DNA of 17,814 nt from Abditibacteriaceae bacterium (GCA_031425655.1 JANPJS010000239.1:1-17814); one strand, 5' to 3'; shown: positions 1 through 8,339, counted from the first letter of the stretch. The notes: generated from the letters alone by a model not told the origin. Made by a program: numbers and translations.

Positions 1-19
1 TTCGCAAGCTCAGGATGAC
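1..19. repeat. Right arm of a REP-like palindromic element, cut by the window edge
   Basis: TTCGCAAGCTCAGGATGAC; its reverse complement GTCATCCTGAGCTTGCGAA resembles the GTCATCCTGAGC-type intergenic repeats I recall. The partner arm would lie outside the window. Confidence 0.5.
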
Positions 20-141
20 CCAGAGCCTACTTTTGAGGTTTCAACACGACTCCTCAAACGGATTCTAATGCGTGTCCCTACTTCGCGGTGTTTTTTTGCG
101 GCAGCGAGTTTCGGCGTGACGGAGCGGAATTCCATGCCTCC

Positions 142-182
142 AAAAGAAATGGCGCCAAACCGAAGTTCGGAGCCATTTTTCT
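142..182 (-). terminator. Rho-independent terminator of the TlpA-like gene
   Basis: The minus strand reads AAATGGC-T-CCGAAC-TTCG-GTTTGG-C-GCCATTT-CTTTT: a stem with a cUUCGg tetraloop and a U-rich tail, about 12 nt after the stop codon. Confidence 0.8.
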
Positions 183-194
183 CGCCTGATGCGA

Positions 195-704
195 CTATTT
201 TTTCAACGCCGAGAGAATCGCTTTTTTAAGACCGGCGCTTTCCGTCTGCGCGACGATTTTTATCAGCTTGCCCTGCCGGTTGTAAATATAGCTTCGGGGC
301 AAGGCGAAGGCGTCTTTCACGCTCGGATCGAACTTGCCGATGAATTTAAATTGATCGCCGCCTACAATCCAAGCGGGGCCGGCCAAGCCTTTCGCAGAAA
401 GCATTCGACGCGCCCCACCGCTCGCACTCGGACTATCCGCCGAAACCATCATCAATTCCAAGCCCTGCGCGGCATATTGCTTTTGCCATTTCGCCAAATC
501 CGGCAATTCGGCAACGCACGGCGCGCACCACGTCGCCCAAAAATTCACAACGACGACTTTGCCTTTGCGCGCTGCGATTTGCTTTTTCAACGCTTCGGCG
601 GTGACGGGCATCAGGGTTTTCGCCGCGACTTTGGGCGCCGCTTTAACCGGCGCGAGGCCGGCAACACTACTCACGAGCAATAAGCTCAATAGAAACTTTT
701 TCAT
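195..704 (-). CDS. Exported TlpA/ResA-family thioredoxin-like disulfide reductase
   Basis: KGKVVVVNFWATWCAPCVAELP (CxxC) and cis-Pro motif ALPRSYIY. A signal peptide MKKFLLSLLLVSSVAGLA supports the ATG at 704 rather than the ORF-track start at 764. Confidence 0.92.
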   Translation of the reverse strand: MKKFLLSLLLVSSVAGLAPVKAAPKVAAKTLMPVTAEALKKQIAARKGKVVVVNFWATWCAPCVAELPDLAKWQKQYAAQGLELMMVSADSPSASGGARRMLSAKGLAGPAWIVGGDQFKFIGKFDPSVKDAFALPRSYIYNRQGKLIKIVAQTESAGLKKAILSALKK

Positions 705-774
705 GGTTCTCACTGGGTTCAAGTTCGGGCACCGACGCCATGCAGCGCGCTTAGTTCCGGCCACGCCGCTTTAA

Positions 775-1082
775 GAAGCTGTTTGAGAATAGCTATCACT
801 CCTGAGTTGAGCCGCTTTTTTATAGGACGCGGAGCTTCGCTTCGCGGATTTCATGCGCGGATTTTCGCTGTTTTTACCGAAAGAAATCTGCGCGAAGCCG
901 CGCATGGAATCGGGGCACCCGCTTGCGGGTCGGAAAGCGAAGCTCCGCGGAAACGGCTTTAATTTTCGCGGTTTTACCGAAAAAAACAGCGAAAATCCGC
1001 GCATGAAATCCGCGAAGCGAAGCTCCGCGTCCTATAAAAAAGCGACTCAACTCAGGATTAATGGCTATTCTCAGACAGTTTC
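775..1082. mobile_element. 308-bp MITE with about 101-bp inverted arms, IS5 (IS1031-like) ends and TAA target duplication
   Basis: 775-875 and 982-1082 are inverted copies with 6 mismatches. Termini are GAAGCTGTTTGAGAAT and ATTCTCAGACAGTTTC, flanked by TAA at 772-774 and 1083-1085. No transposase is present. Confidence 0.75.
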
Positions 1083-1297
1083 TAAAGCGCAATTTCGGCG
1101 TCGTCGCCCGGTTCGTCGCGCAACGCGGCGGCGTAAGAGCGGCGCGCTTTGCGCTGCGAAAGGCCGATAAGCAGCGCGACCACGCCCCAGAACAGCAGAG
1201 AGAGAATCAGCACGCCTTTAAGAACGAATAGGAATTCCGTTGTCCAAATTACGGCTAAAACCACGCCGAGAGCGATGAAAATAAGTCCGAGAAGCAT
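1082..1297 (-). CDS. Small two-TM membrane protein (about 71 aa)
   Basis: Two hydrophobic segments followed by a basic then acidic tail. ATG at 1297, alternative TTG at 1303. Confidence 0.7.
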   Translation of the reverse strand: MLLGLIFIALGVVLAVIWTTEFLFVLKGVLILSLLFWGVVALLIGLSQRKARRSYAAALRDEPGDDAEIAL

Positions 1298-1328
1298 CGG
1301 CAAAAGGTTATAACACGATGATGCGCCG

Positions 1329-1337
1329 TGCTACAAT
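1329..1337 (+). promoter_or_regulatory. Extended -10 element (TGcTACAAT), probable leaderless promoter
   Basis: Lies 7 nt upstream of ATG 1345; no Shine-Dalgarno sequence. Confidence 0.55.
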
Positions 1338-1344
1338 CGAAACT

Positions 1345-2499
1345 ATGAAATCCGTGCCTCGCCTTTTTCCGCTGCGCTGGTGGCTGATGGTCGGAACTTT
1401 AGCCGCCGTTGTGGGCGGTGTGTTCCTATGGAAGCCCAAAGCCTGCCCGCTGCAAACCTCGACCGAAAACCTCGACCGGGGCGTGACACTGCAGAAATTC
1501 GCTCTTGACACACCCGCCGGTGCGACACAAATCTACGTCGTGCGCGGCGAACGCAAAGCCGCAGGCGGCTGGCGATTTCGCGTCGCGGCGGCCAAAGGCG
1601 ACGTTTTTCAGCGCGAAACCGTGACGCAGATCGCGCAGCGCGAAAAGGCCGTCGTCGCGGTCAACGGCGGCTTTTTCGCCTACGAAGGGGCCGCGATTGG
1701 CGCGGTTCTGCTCAACGGCGAGTGGATTCGCTTGCCGTGGAAAAACCGCACTGCACTTTGTATTGGAGAATGGAAGACCGAAATCGCCAACGTGCGCGGC
1801 AACGCAAAACTGACGCTGAACGGCAAGACAGTCGCAGTGGCGAATCTCAACGGGAATCCGTCCAAAAACGCGATTTCGATTCTCACGCCGCGTTTTGGCG
1901 AGGTTTATAAAGTCAAGTCGCACGAATCCGCGCTGCGAGTTGCGGGTAACATTTATCGAGGCAAAGTTGCCGAAGTTGTCACTGGCGGCGTGGTGAAACT
2001 GTCGGAGCGTGGATTCGTAGCTGTCGCCAACGGCGCAGCGCAAGCCGATTTCGCCAATGTGAACATTGGTCGAAATGCGGGGTGGCTCGTTGACGTTGCG
2101 CCCATCGCAATCGGGAATAATTCTTACACCATCTTAGGTGCCGGGCCGGGACTTTTGCGCGCTGGCAAAGCCGCCGAGGCTTCGCGCGAGGAAGAATTTC
2201 GCCCCGATGTGCTGCAACGCGGCCCGCGCACCGCCATCGGACTGGACGGGCGAGGCAATCCGCTCATCGTAGTCGCCGATGGCCACACGGAGTGTTCGCC
2301 CGGTCTCACTTTGCCCGAACTTGCTACGTTGATGCAATCGCTCGGCGCGACACAGGGTTTGCATATGGATTGCGGCCCGTCGTCGGTTTTAGTCATCAAT
2401 GGGAAAGTGGCCAATCGGCCCTCGACGAATCAGCCGTCCGGCTTGAACGAGCCGACGGTGCCCAACGCCGTTTTGATGACCGATAGCGATGCTGAATAA
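1345..2499 (+). CDS. Phosphodiester glycosidase (NAGPA) family protein, N-terminally anchored
   Basis: AVVAVNGGFF, GAGPGLL, PRTAIG, PGLTLPELA motifs; HMDCGPSS at the position of the NLDGGGSS motif; N-terminal TM. The start could also be 1318 or 1321. Confidence 0.85.
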   Translation: MKSVPRLFPLRWWLMVGTLAAVVGGVFLWKPKACPLQTSTENLDRGVTLQKFALDTPAGATQIYVVRGERKAAGGWRFRVAAAKGDVFQRETVTQIAQREKAVVAVNGGFFAYEGAAIGAVLLNGEWIRLPWKNRTALCIGEWKTEIANVRGNAKLTLNGKTVAVANLNGNPSKNAISILTPRFGEVYKVKSHESALRVAGNIYRGKVAEVVTGGVVKLSERGFVAVANGAAQADFANVNIGRNAGWLVDVAPIAIGNNSYTILGAGPGLLRAGKAAEASREEEFRPDVLQRGPRTAIGLDGRGNPLIVVADGHTECSPGLTLPELATLMQSLGATQGLHMDCGPSSVLVINGKVANRPSTNQPSGLNEPTVPNAVLMTDSDAE

Positions 2500-3316
2500 T
2501 GCTTCTCGGCCCGTCGCGCGCCTTTTTATGACTTCCGAATCAAATCACGTCGCGCCGAAATGGAAAAGCGCCGTCGCGCTGGCCATTCTGTGCCTTTATA
2601 TTTTAGGCGCGATTTTTAAAACCAGTTCGGCGACGCCCGCCGGTTCGCTGCTGCCGAAAACGGTGTCGGGCTTGCTGATTTCTACAACGCTTGGAATGGC
2701 TTTATTTGGCGCCTTCTGGCTGGTCTTCTGGTGGTTTTCGCGCCTGACTTTCGAGGAGCTTTTGCTGCGATGGCGCGGCGGTTGGCGTCCGATTTTTGAT
2801 GGCCTGCTTTACTGCTTTGGCATCCAATTTCTCATTTATACAACCTTCATCGGCGTGTTTATCGTGGCGATGCTTTGCGGTGTCAGCCCCGAACTTTTTC
2901 TAAAAACCGTCGCGCGCTTTGGCCCCTCGCCCGACCGTTTGGTAAGCGCCGCCGTGCTGGCCTCCGACCCGATTTATCGCCTGATTTTACTGACGTGGGG
3001 CAGTTTCGTAGTCGCCGGTTTGCGTGAAGAATTGTGGCGCGCCGGAATGCTCGCGGTAGGCACAAAGCTACTTCAACCGCCGTTATCGCAGCGCGCGGCG
3101 ACACTTTGCGCGCTGATTTTCAGCTCTGTGCTTTTCGGCTTCGCGCATTTGTATCAAGGCTGGTTAGCCGTCGGCGCGACGGCGTTTATCGGCTTCCTGC
3201 TCGGCGCAATTATGCTGAAGCATCGTTCGATTTGGCCCGCCGTCATCGCGCATGGCGCCTTCGATGCGTTCTCGTTCTGGATGCTGTCGCAATCGCAAAG
3301 CATCGGAAAGAATTAG
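2489..3316 (+). CDS. CPBP-family (Abi/CAAX-like) intramembrane glutamic endopeptidase
   Basis: EELWRA, FGFAHLYQG and HGAFD motifs; multiple TM helices. The start could be 2528. Confidence 0.9.
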   Translation: MLNNASRPVARLFMTSESNHVAPKWKSAVALAILCLYILGAIFKTSSATPAGSLLPKTVSGLLISTTLGMALFGAFWLVFWWFSRLTFEELLLRWRGGWRPIFDGLLYCFGIQFLIYTTFIGVFIVAMLCGVSPELFLKTVARFGPSPDRLVSAAVLASDPIYRLILLTWGSFVVAGLREELWRAGMLAVGTKLLQPPLSQRAATLCALIFSSVLFGFAHLYQGWLAVGATAFIGFLLGAIMLKHRSIWPAVIAHGAFDAFSFWMLSQSQSIGKN

Positions 3317-3321
3317 AGCAT

Positions 3322-3389
3322 TTTTCACCACAAAGGCACGAAGACACAAAGAGGAAATTCTTTGTGTCTTCGTGCCTTTGTGGTGAAAA
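3322..3389. repeat. Perfect 31-bp inverted repeat made of 8-mer units; probable bidirectional terminator
   Basis: Arms 3322-3352 and 3359-3389 with loop GGAAAT; units CACAAAGG, CACGAAGA, CACAAAGA; lies between convergent stop codons. Confidence 0.9.
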
Positions 3390-3394
3390 TCAAA

Positions 3395-6136
3395 TCAGCT
3401 TTGCAGCGCCTTCTTCCGCAATTCCTGCAACTTGACAATCGCTTCGAGCGGCGTCAGGTTGTCGGTGTCGAGCTTTTTTAATTCTTCAACGAGGGGATGT
3501 AACGGCGCTTCGTCGAAAAGCGAGGGTTTGGCGGATGCTGAAGGTGCCGGAATCGCCGCAGTGTCGGCTTCCTGACCGCGCAGGCGTTCGCGGCTGAAAA
3601 TATCGAGCAGTTCTTTGGCGCGGGCAATGACCGGCGCCGGAAGTCCGGCCAAACGCGCCACCTGAATGCCAAAGCTGCGGTCTGTCCCGCCGCGAATGAT
3701 GCGCCGCAAAAAGAGGATATGGTCGCCGTCTTCCTTCACGGCGATGCGGTAATTTTTCACGCGCGGCAGGCGTTCTTCTAATTCGTTCAAGTGATGATAA
3801 TGCGTGGCGAACAGCGTTTTGCAGCCGATTTCGTGCAAATGCTCGGCGACGGCCCACGCAATCGAAAGCCCGTCGTAAGTGGACGTTCCGCGCCCGACTT
3901 CGTCCAAAATCACCAGACTGCGCGGCGTGGCATTGTTGAGAATGTTCGCCGTCTCGTTCATCTCGACCGTAAACGTGCTTTGTCCGGTTGCCAGATCGTC
4001 TTGGGCGCCGACGCGCGTGAAAATGCGGTCTACAAGGCCGATTTTGGCGTTGCGCGCGGGCACGAACGAGCCGATTTGCGCCATCAAAGCGATGAGGGCC
4101 ACCTGGCGCAAATAGGTGGATTTACCGCTGGCATTCGGGCCGGTGATGATGAGAACCTGCTGCGCTTGCGTGTCCATCAACGAATCGTTGGGCACAAACG
4201 GGTCGGCTAAAGCCGCTTCGACGACGGGATGGCGTCCGCTGCGAATATCTATCGTGTCGTCTTCCACAATTTCCGGGCGCACATAATCGCGCCGCGAGGC
4301 GATTTCCGCGAGCGCCGCGTAAACATCGAGATACGCTAAGGCCCGCGCCGTATCGAGCAGCGGCCCGGCCTGCCCCGCGACTTGATTGCGAACCTGCTCG
4401 AACAGCGCGCGTTCGCGCTCTTTGATGCGCTCTTCGGCACCAAGAATTACGGCTTCTTTTTCTTTCAGTTCGGGCGTCACAAAGCGCTCGCCGTTGGCTG
4501 TGGTTTGCTTGCGCGTGTAATCGTCGGGCACGGAAGCGAGATTCGATTTCGTGATTTCGATGAAATAACCGAAGACGTTGTTAAAGCCGACTTTCAAGTT
4601 TTTGATGCCGCTGCGAACGCGCTCGGATTCCTCCAGTTGCGCGATCCAGATTTTGCCGTCGCGCGAGGCGACGCGCAGCTCATCGAGGTTGGAATCGTAG
4701 CCGTCGCGGATGAGATTGCCGTCGGTCAGTGTCGCGGGCGGCTCGTCGGCTAAAGCCGCCACCAAAACTTCGACTAATTCCGGCGTCGGGTTGAGATGTT
4801 CGCGCACGTTGAGAAGCGCCGCCGAAGCCACATTTTGCAAGGCCGCATCGACGGCAGGCATGGTTTGCAATGCGTTACGCAGCGCCACCAAATCGCGCGC
4901 GTTGCCCGCTCCGGTCACGGCGCGCGAAACCAGGCGTTCGATGTCGCCGATGCCTTTTAATAAATCGCGCACGTCGCGGCGCATCAATAAATTGTCGAGA
5001 AGCTCGGAAACGGCGTCCTGACGGCGCGAAATCGTATCCAGCGAAAGCAGCGGCTGTAAAACCCATTTGCGAAGCAGACGCGCTCCGGCTCCGGTTCGCG
5101 TGTCATCGAGAAGCGCGAACAAAGTGCCTTTGCTGGAGCCGTCGCGCAGCGATTGCACTAATTCCAAGTTGCGCCGCGTCGAGCTGTCCAGCACCATCCA
5201 TTTGCCCAGCGACAGCACGCTGATGCGCCGCACATGGCCAAGAGCGCCAAGTTGCGTTTCGCGCAGATAATCCAATGCAAGCGCCGCCGCGTCTTGGGCG
5301 AGCGTCAATTCTTCGATTCCAAAACCGCGCAGCGAGGCGGTGCGAAAATGCGCCAGCAGCTTTTCGCGCGGCGTGCCGAAACCAGAAGCATCAAAGGCGG
5401 TTGAGCGCAGTTGCAAAGCGTCCAACATCGCCAAAAATCCGGCACATTCGCGCAAGCGCTGCGGCACGAGAATTTCTGCGGGCTGGAAGCGCAAAAGCTC
5501 TTCGCGCAAAGCCGCGAAACGCTGCGAAAACTGCTCGGCGGCGAAGGGCGTTTGGTCGGCGTCAGAGGCGGAAATTTGGCCCGAAACGTGGCCCTCCGCC
5601 TCGCAGGCGTCTTCTGACTTCTGACTTCTGGCTTCTGACTTCTGCCCTTCAATTTCGCCCGCTAAAAACTCGCCGGTGGAAATATCGAGAAGTGAAATGC
5701 CAAAGCGCGACAGCGAGTTGTCGCACGACAGCGCCGCGAGATAATTGTTGCCGCGTCCGGCACCAATGCTGGCCAAAAACGAATCTTCGAGAACGGTTCC
5801 CGGCGTGAGCACGCGCACGACTTCGCGCTTGACCAAACCGCGCGCATACTTCGGGTCTTCCATCTGCTCGCACACGGCGACGCGGTAGCCTTTGCCCAAA
5901 AGCATCGCGAGATAGCGTTCGCCGGCGTGATACGGCATCCCGCACATTTGCGTCGAATTTTCGCCTTTGTTTTTGTCGCGCGAGGTTAAAGTCAGCTCGC
6001 ATTCGCGCGCGACGGTCACGGCATCTTCGCCGAACATTTCGTAGAAATCGCCCATGCGAAAGAATAAAAGCACATCGGGATATTGCGCTTTAATGCGCTC
6101 CCACTGGCGCATGACCGGAGTAGTTTGAGCCGCCAT
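3395..6136 (-). CDS. mutS: DNA mismatch repair protein MutS (MutS1)
   Basis: TPVMRQW..K, FFRMGDFYEMF (Phe-X-Glu), Walker A GPNASGKST, STFTVEM, ILDEVGRGTST, FATHYH, SFGIQVARLAG, C-terminal LTPLEA. Start MAAQTTP at 6136. Confidence 0.98.
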   Translation of the reverse strand: MAAQTTPVMRQWERIKAQYPDVLLFFRMGDFYEMFGEDAVTVARECELTLTSRDKNKGENSTQMCGMPYHAGERYLAMLLGKGYRVAVCEQMEDPKYARGLVKREVVRVLTPGTVLEDSFLASIGAGRGNNYLAALSCDNSLSRFGISLLDISTGEFLAGEIEGQKSEARSQKSEDACEAEGHVSGQISASDADQTPFAAEQFSQRFAALREELLRFQPAEILVPQRLRECAGFLAMLDALQLRSTAFDASGFGTPREKLLAHFRTASLRGFGIEELTLAQDAAALALDYLRETQLGALGHVRRISVLSLGKWMVLDSSTRRNLELVQSLRDGSSKGTLFALLDDTRTGAGARLLRKWVLQPLLSLDTISRRQDAVSELLDNLLMRRDVRDLLKGIGDIERLVSRAVTGAGNARDLVALRNALQTMPAVDAALQNVASAALLNVREHLNPTPELVEVLVAALADEPPATLTDGNLIRDGYDSNLDELRVASRDGKIWIAQLEESERVRSGIKNLKVGFNNVFGYFIEITKSNLASVPDDYTRKQTTANGERFVTPELKEKEAVILGAEERIKERERALFEQVRNQVAGQAGPLLDTARALAYLDVYAALAEIASRRDYVRPEIVEDDTIDIRSGRHPVVEAALADPFVPNDSLMDTQAQQVLIITGPNASGKSTYLRQVALIALMAQIGSFVPARNAKIGLVDRIFTRVGAQDDLATGQSTFTVEMNETANILNNATPRSLVILDEVGRGTSTYDGLSIAWAVAEHLHEIGCKTLFATHYHHLNELEERLPRVKNYRIAVKEDGDHILFLRRIIRGGTDRSFGIQVARLAGLPAPVIARAKELLDIFSRERLRGQEADTAAIPAPSASAKPSLFDEAPLHPLVEELKKLDTDNLTPLEAIVKLQELRKKALQS
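5611..5645. repeat. 5x heptamer tandem repeat (CTTCTGN) within mutS
   Basis: CTTCTGA CTTCTGA CTTCTGG CTTCTGA CTTCTGC; encodes QKSEARSQKSE on the minus strand. Confidence 0.92.
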
Positions 6137-6183
6137 AATAATCGAAAAATCGTGAAATTTGCCGGATTTAGGATAGCAGTTTG

Positions 6184-6327
6184 CCCTCACCCCCGGCCCC
6201 TCTCCCCAAAACGGCGCGGAGAGGGGAGATAAAGCTTAGTCTTGGTCGCGCACGACGAAATGCTACTAATTTTGAAATTGCTCCCCTCTCCCGCGAAGCG
6301 AATTGGGAGAGGGGCCGGGGGTGAGGG
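6184..6327. repeat. REP-like doublet (CCCTCACCCCCGGCCCCTCTCCC...GGGAGAGGGGCCGGGGGTGAGGG)
   Basis: Perfect 23-bp inverted arms at 6184-6206 and 6305-6327; each half also forms its own CCCCTCTCC/GGAGAGGGG hairpin. Confidence 0.88.
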
Positions 6328-6381
6328 AAAGCCGCCGCGAACGTAGTAAAATCAAGTCAATTCGCAGGACAAAGGACAAGC

Positions 6382-6696
6382 ATGATCCGCAAAGCGTTCG
6401 TAATGTCGGTTGACGCCGGGCACGAAGAAGAATACGAAAAGCGCCATCGCCCGATTTGGCCCGAACTCGAAGCCGTCTTGAAAGCACACGGCGTTCACAA
6501 CTACTCGATTTTCCTACACGCCGAAACGCGGCAGCTTTTCGCTTATGCCGAAATCGAAGACGAAGCGCGTTGGAACGCTATCGCCCAAACCGACGAGTGC
6601 CGCCGTTGGTGGGCGCACATGAAAGACATCATGCCCGGCAACCCTGATAACAGCCCAATTGCCTCGGATTTGCGCGAAGTGTTTCACATTGATTGA
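6382..6696 (+). CDS. rhaM: L-rhamnose mutarotase
   Basis: 104 aa; [65 protein letters not shown] upstream. Confidence 0.96.
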   Translation: MIRKAFVMSVDAGHEEEYEKRHRPIWPELEAVLKAHGVHNYSIFLHAETRQLFAYAEIEDEARWNAIAQTDECRRWWAHMKDIMPGNPDNSPIASDLREVFHID

Positions 6697-6716
6697 ACGC
6701 CGATTTTAGGAATTTT

Positions 6717-7355
6717 ATGAACCAAAGCAGCCCATTTGAACCCATCGGACGAATTTCCACGCCCGTCACGTCGGCTTTCGGACACACCAACTACACAATT
6801 CGCCGCAAGCTGATGAAACTTGTCGGCGGCGCTTATTTCGTGGACGACGCGAATGGCGCGACCGTGCTTTACGCCAATCAAAAGGGCTTCAAGCTCAAAG
6901 AAGATATTCGCCTTTACACCGGCGAGGACATGACCGTCGAAGTGCTGGTGATTCAAGCGCGCAGCATTTTGGATTTCGGCGCCACTTATGACGTAACCGA
7001 AGCGGGCAGCGGGCAAAAGCTGGGCGCGCTGCGACGTAAAGGCTTGAAAGCGACTTTTCTCAAAGACGAGTGGAGTATTTTAGACGCACAAGACCGCGAA
7101 ATCGGCACCATCAGCGAGGACAGCCTGGCTTTGGCGCTGCTGCGTCGTTTTATCGAATACACCGCGATGTTCCTGCCGCAGCAATATCACGGAGACATCG
7201 GCGGACGCCCGGTTTTGCACTTCAAGCAATCGAAAAACCCGTTCTGGATTAAAATCGCGGTGGATTTCTCGATGGATACCGCTAACCTGCTCGACCGCCG
7301 TTTGGGCATCGCCGCTGCGGTTCTGTTTTCCGCCGTCGAAGGCAAACAGAATTAA
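6717..7355 (+). CDS. LURP-one/scramblase (tubby C-terminal-like) family protein
   Basis: QKGFKLKEDIRLY, LDFGATYDV, LRRKGLK...DEWSILD, LDRRLGIAAAVL; SD AGGA before ATG 6717. Confidence 0.75.
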   Translation: MNQSSPFEPIGRISTPVTSAFGHTNYTIRRKLMKLVGGAYFVDDANGATVLYANQKGFKLKEDIRLYTGEDMTVEVLVIQARSILDFGATYDVTEAGSGQKLGALRRKGLKATFLKDEWSILDAQDREIGTISEDSLALALLRRFIEYTAMFLPQQYHGDIGGRPVLHFKQSKNPFWIKIAVDFSMDTANLLDRRLGIAAAVLFSAVEGKQN

Positions 7356-7360
7356 ACGGC

Positions 7361-7426
7361 AATTTTGAATTATGAGTTTTGAATTTTGAATTAACGGCTG
7401 GTGAATTCAAAATTCAAAACTCATAA
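7361..7426. repeat. Heptamer-based (TTTTGAA-like) inverted repeat between convergent genes
   Basis: Perfect 23-bp arms at 7370-7392 and 7404-7426. The right arm overlaps the last codons and TGA stop of the VOC gene. Confidence 0.88.
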
Positions 7427-7752
7427 ACCGTTTCGCCCGCTGGGTAGCAAATTAGCTCGACGACATTGCCTTGCGGGTCAGCGACGTAGATGCCCGTTGT
7501 GCCGTCGCGGTGTTTATCTATCGGTTTTCCGGCGCGTTCGGCGGCGTGTGCCAACGTTGCTTCGTCTACGCGCAGCGCGACGTGCGGCGGATGCTGCGTC
7601 GGCGTTACGAGGGCGAGTTTGCCTTGCCCCAAGCGCAAAAACGCCCACGTCGCGTCTTGATACAAAACCTCGGCGCCGAAACTTTCGACGTAAAAGCGCA
7701 CACTTCCGGCAATATCGTTGGTCGCAACTGCGACGTGATCCATTTCAAACAT
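7414..7752 (-). CDS. VOC (glyoxalase/bleomycin-resistance/dioxygenase) family protein
   Basis: MDHVAV....SVRFY...FG, HVALRV, IYVADPQGNVVELI. Confidence 0.92.
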   Translation of the reverse strand: MFEMDHVAVATNDIAGSVRFYVESFGAEVLYQDATWAFLRLGQGKLALVTPTQHPPHVALRVDEATLAHAAERAGKPIDKHRDGTTGIYVADPQGNVVELICYPAGETVYEF

Positions 7753-7767
7753 ACTTCAATTCTAATC

Positions 7768-7797
7768 CGCCGCGTGCTGTAGTAAAATCGCCGTATC
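7768..7797 (+). repeat. 30-bp direct repeat, copy 1
   Basis: CGCCGCGTGCTGTAGTAAAATCGCCGTATC; 29/30 identical to 8457-8486. Confidence 0.9.
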
Positions 7798-7844
7798 TCC
7801 ATGCAATCTACTCCAGCAGCGATGACAATCTCACATTAACGCCA

Positions 7845-8339
7845 TCATTTATTTGCGATGTCCTCACCTGTCAAGCGACGATTGAGGCGCGTCGTCCATC
7901 TTCGCGTGAGCCACCTCGTTTTTGCCAGTGCCATACCCAAACCCATACCGGCCATTTCGCCTAAGAGCCATAATGCGCCCCACGAAGGCAAGTCGCGCCA
8001 CATTCCATACCACAAAATTCCTTGCAACCATGGCAGCTTTCCAGTCTGGGCAGCGACCGCATAAAACAACGGCATCGAAGCCACGATGATGCCAAACCAC
8101 TGCCACTCCTCCGGAGTATCGTGCTTGGAGGCAGCGGTAACAAAGATAAAACCACCCGTCGCTGCTGTAAATATTCTCTGACACGCTACAAAGATGGTCA
8201 GCAGGGCTATTTGCTTTGGCGGCAGTATCGTGGCTGCGAAAATGGCGAAAATAAGAAAATCATTAAACCATCCTGTGAGCACAAACAACGGTGAGACGAA
8301 CGGCAACGGATTGCGAGGCGGCGCTTCGGATTCTGTCAT
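7845..8339 (-). CDS. Hypothetical multi-pass membrane protein of atypically low GC
   Basis: About 4 hydrophobic segments; sampled 60-nt lines are 43-47% GC. Start uncertain (ATG 8339 preferred; the ORF is open to 8411). Confidence 0.6.
   Translation of the reverse strand: MTESEAPPRNPLPFVSPLFVLTGWFNDFLIFAIFAATILPPKQIALLTIFVACQRIFTAATGGFIFVTAASKHDTPEEWQWFGIIVASMPLFYAVAAQTGKLPWLQGILWYGMWRDLPSWGALWLLGEMAGMGLGMALAKTRWLTRRWTTRLNRRLTGEDIANK

Noticed and set aside
32..58. TTTGAGG...CCTCAAA short dyad, possibly another MITE end
   Set aside because: The arms are only 7 bp and the partner end would lie outside the window, so it cannot be supported.
771..1170. ORFs 771-1004 (-), 853-1170 (+) and 874-1092 (-), two of which give near-identical peptides
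   Set aside because: They are artefacts of the MITE palindrome, which reads similarly on both strands.
5521..5650. MutS insert as an intein
   Set aside because: It is too short and lacks the N-terminal Cys/Ser and C-terminal His-Asn splice motifs.
6137..6190. N-terminal extension of MutS from the GTG at 6190
   Set aside because: The GTG lies within the REP arm. Recognisable MutS sequence begins at ATG 6136.
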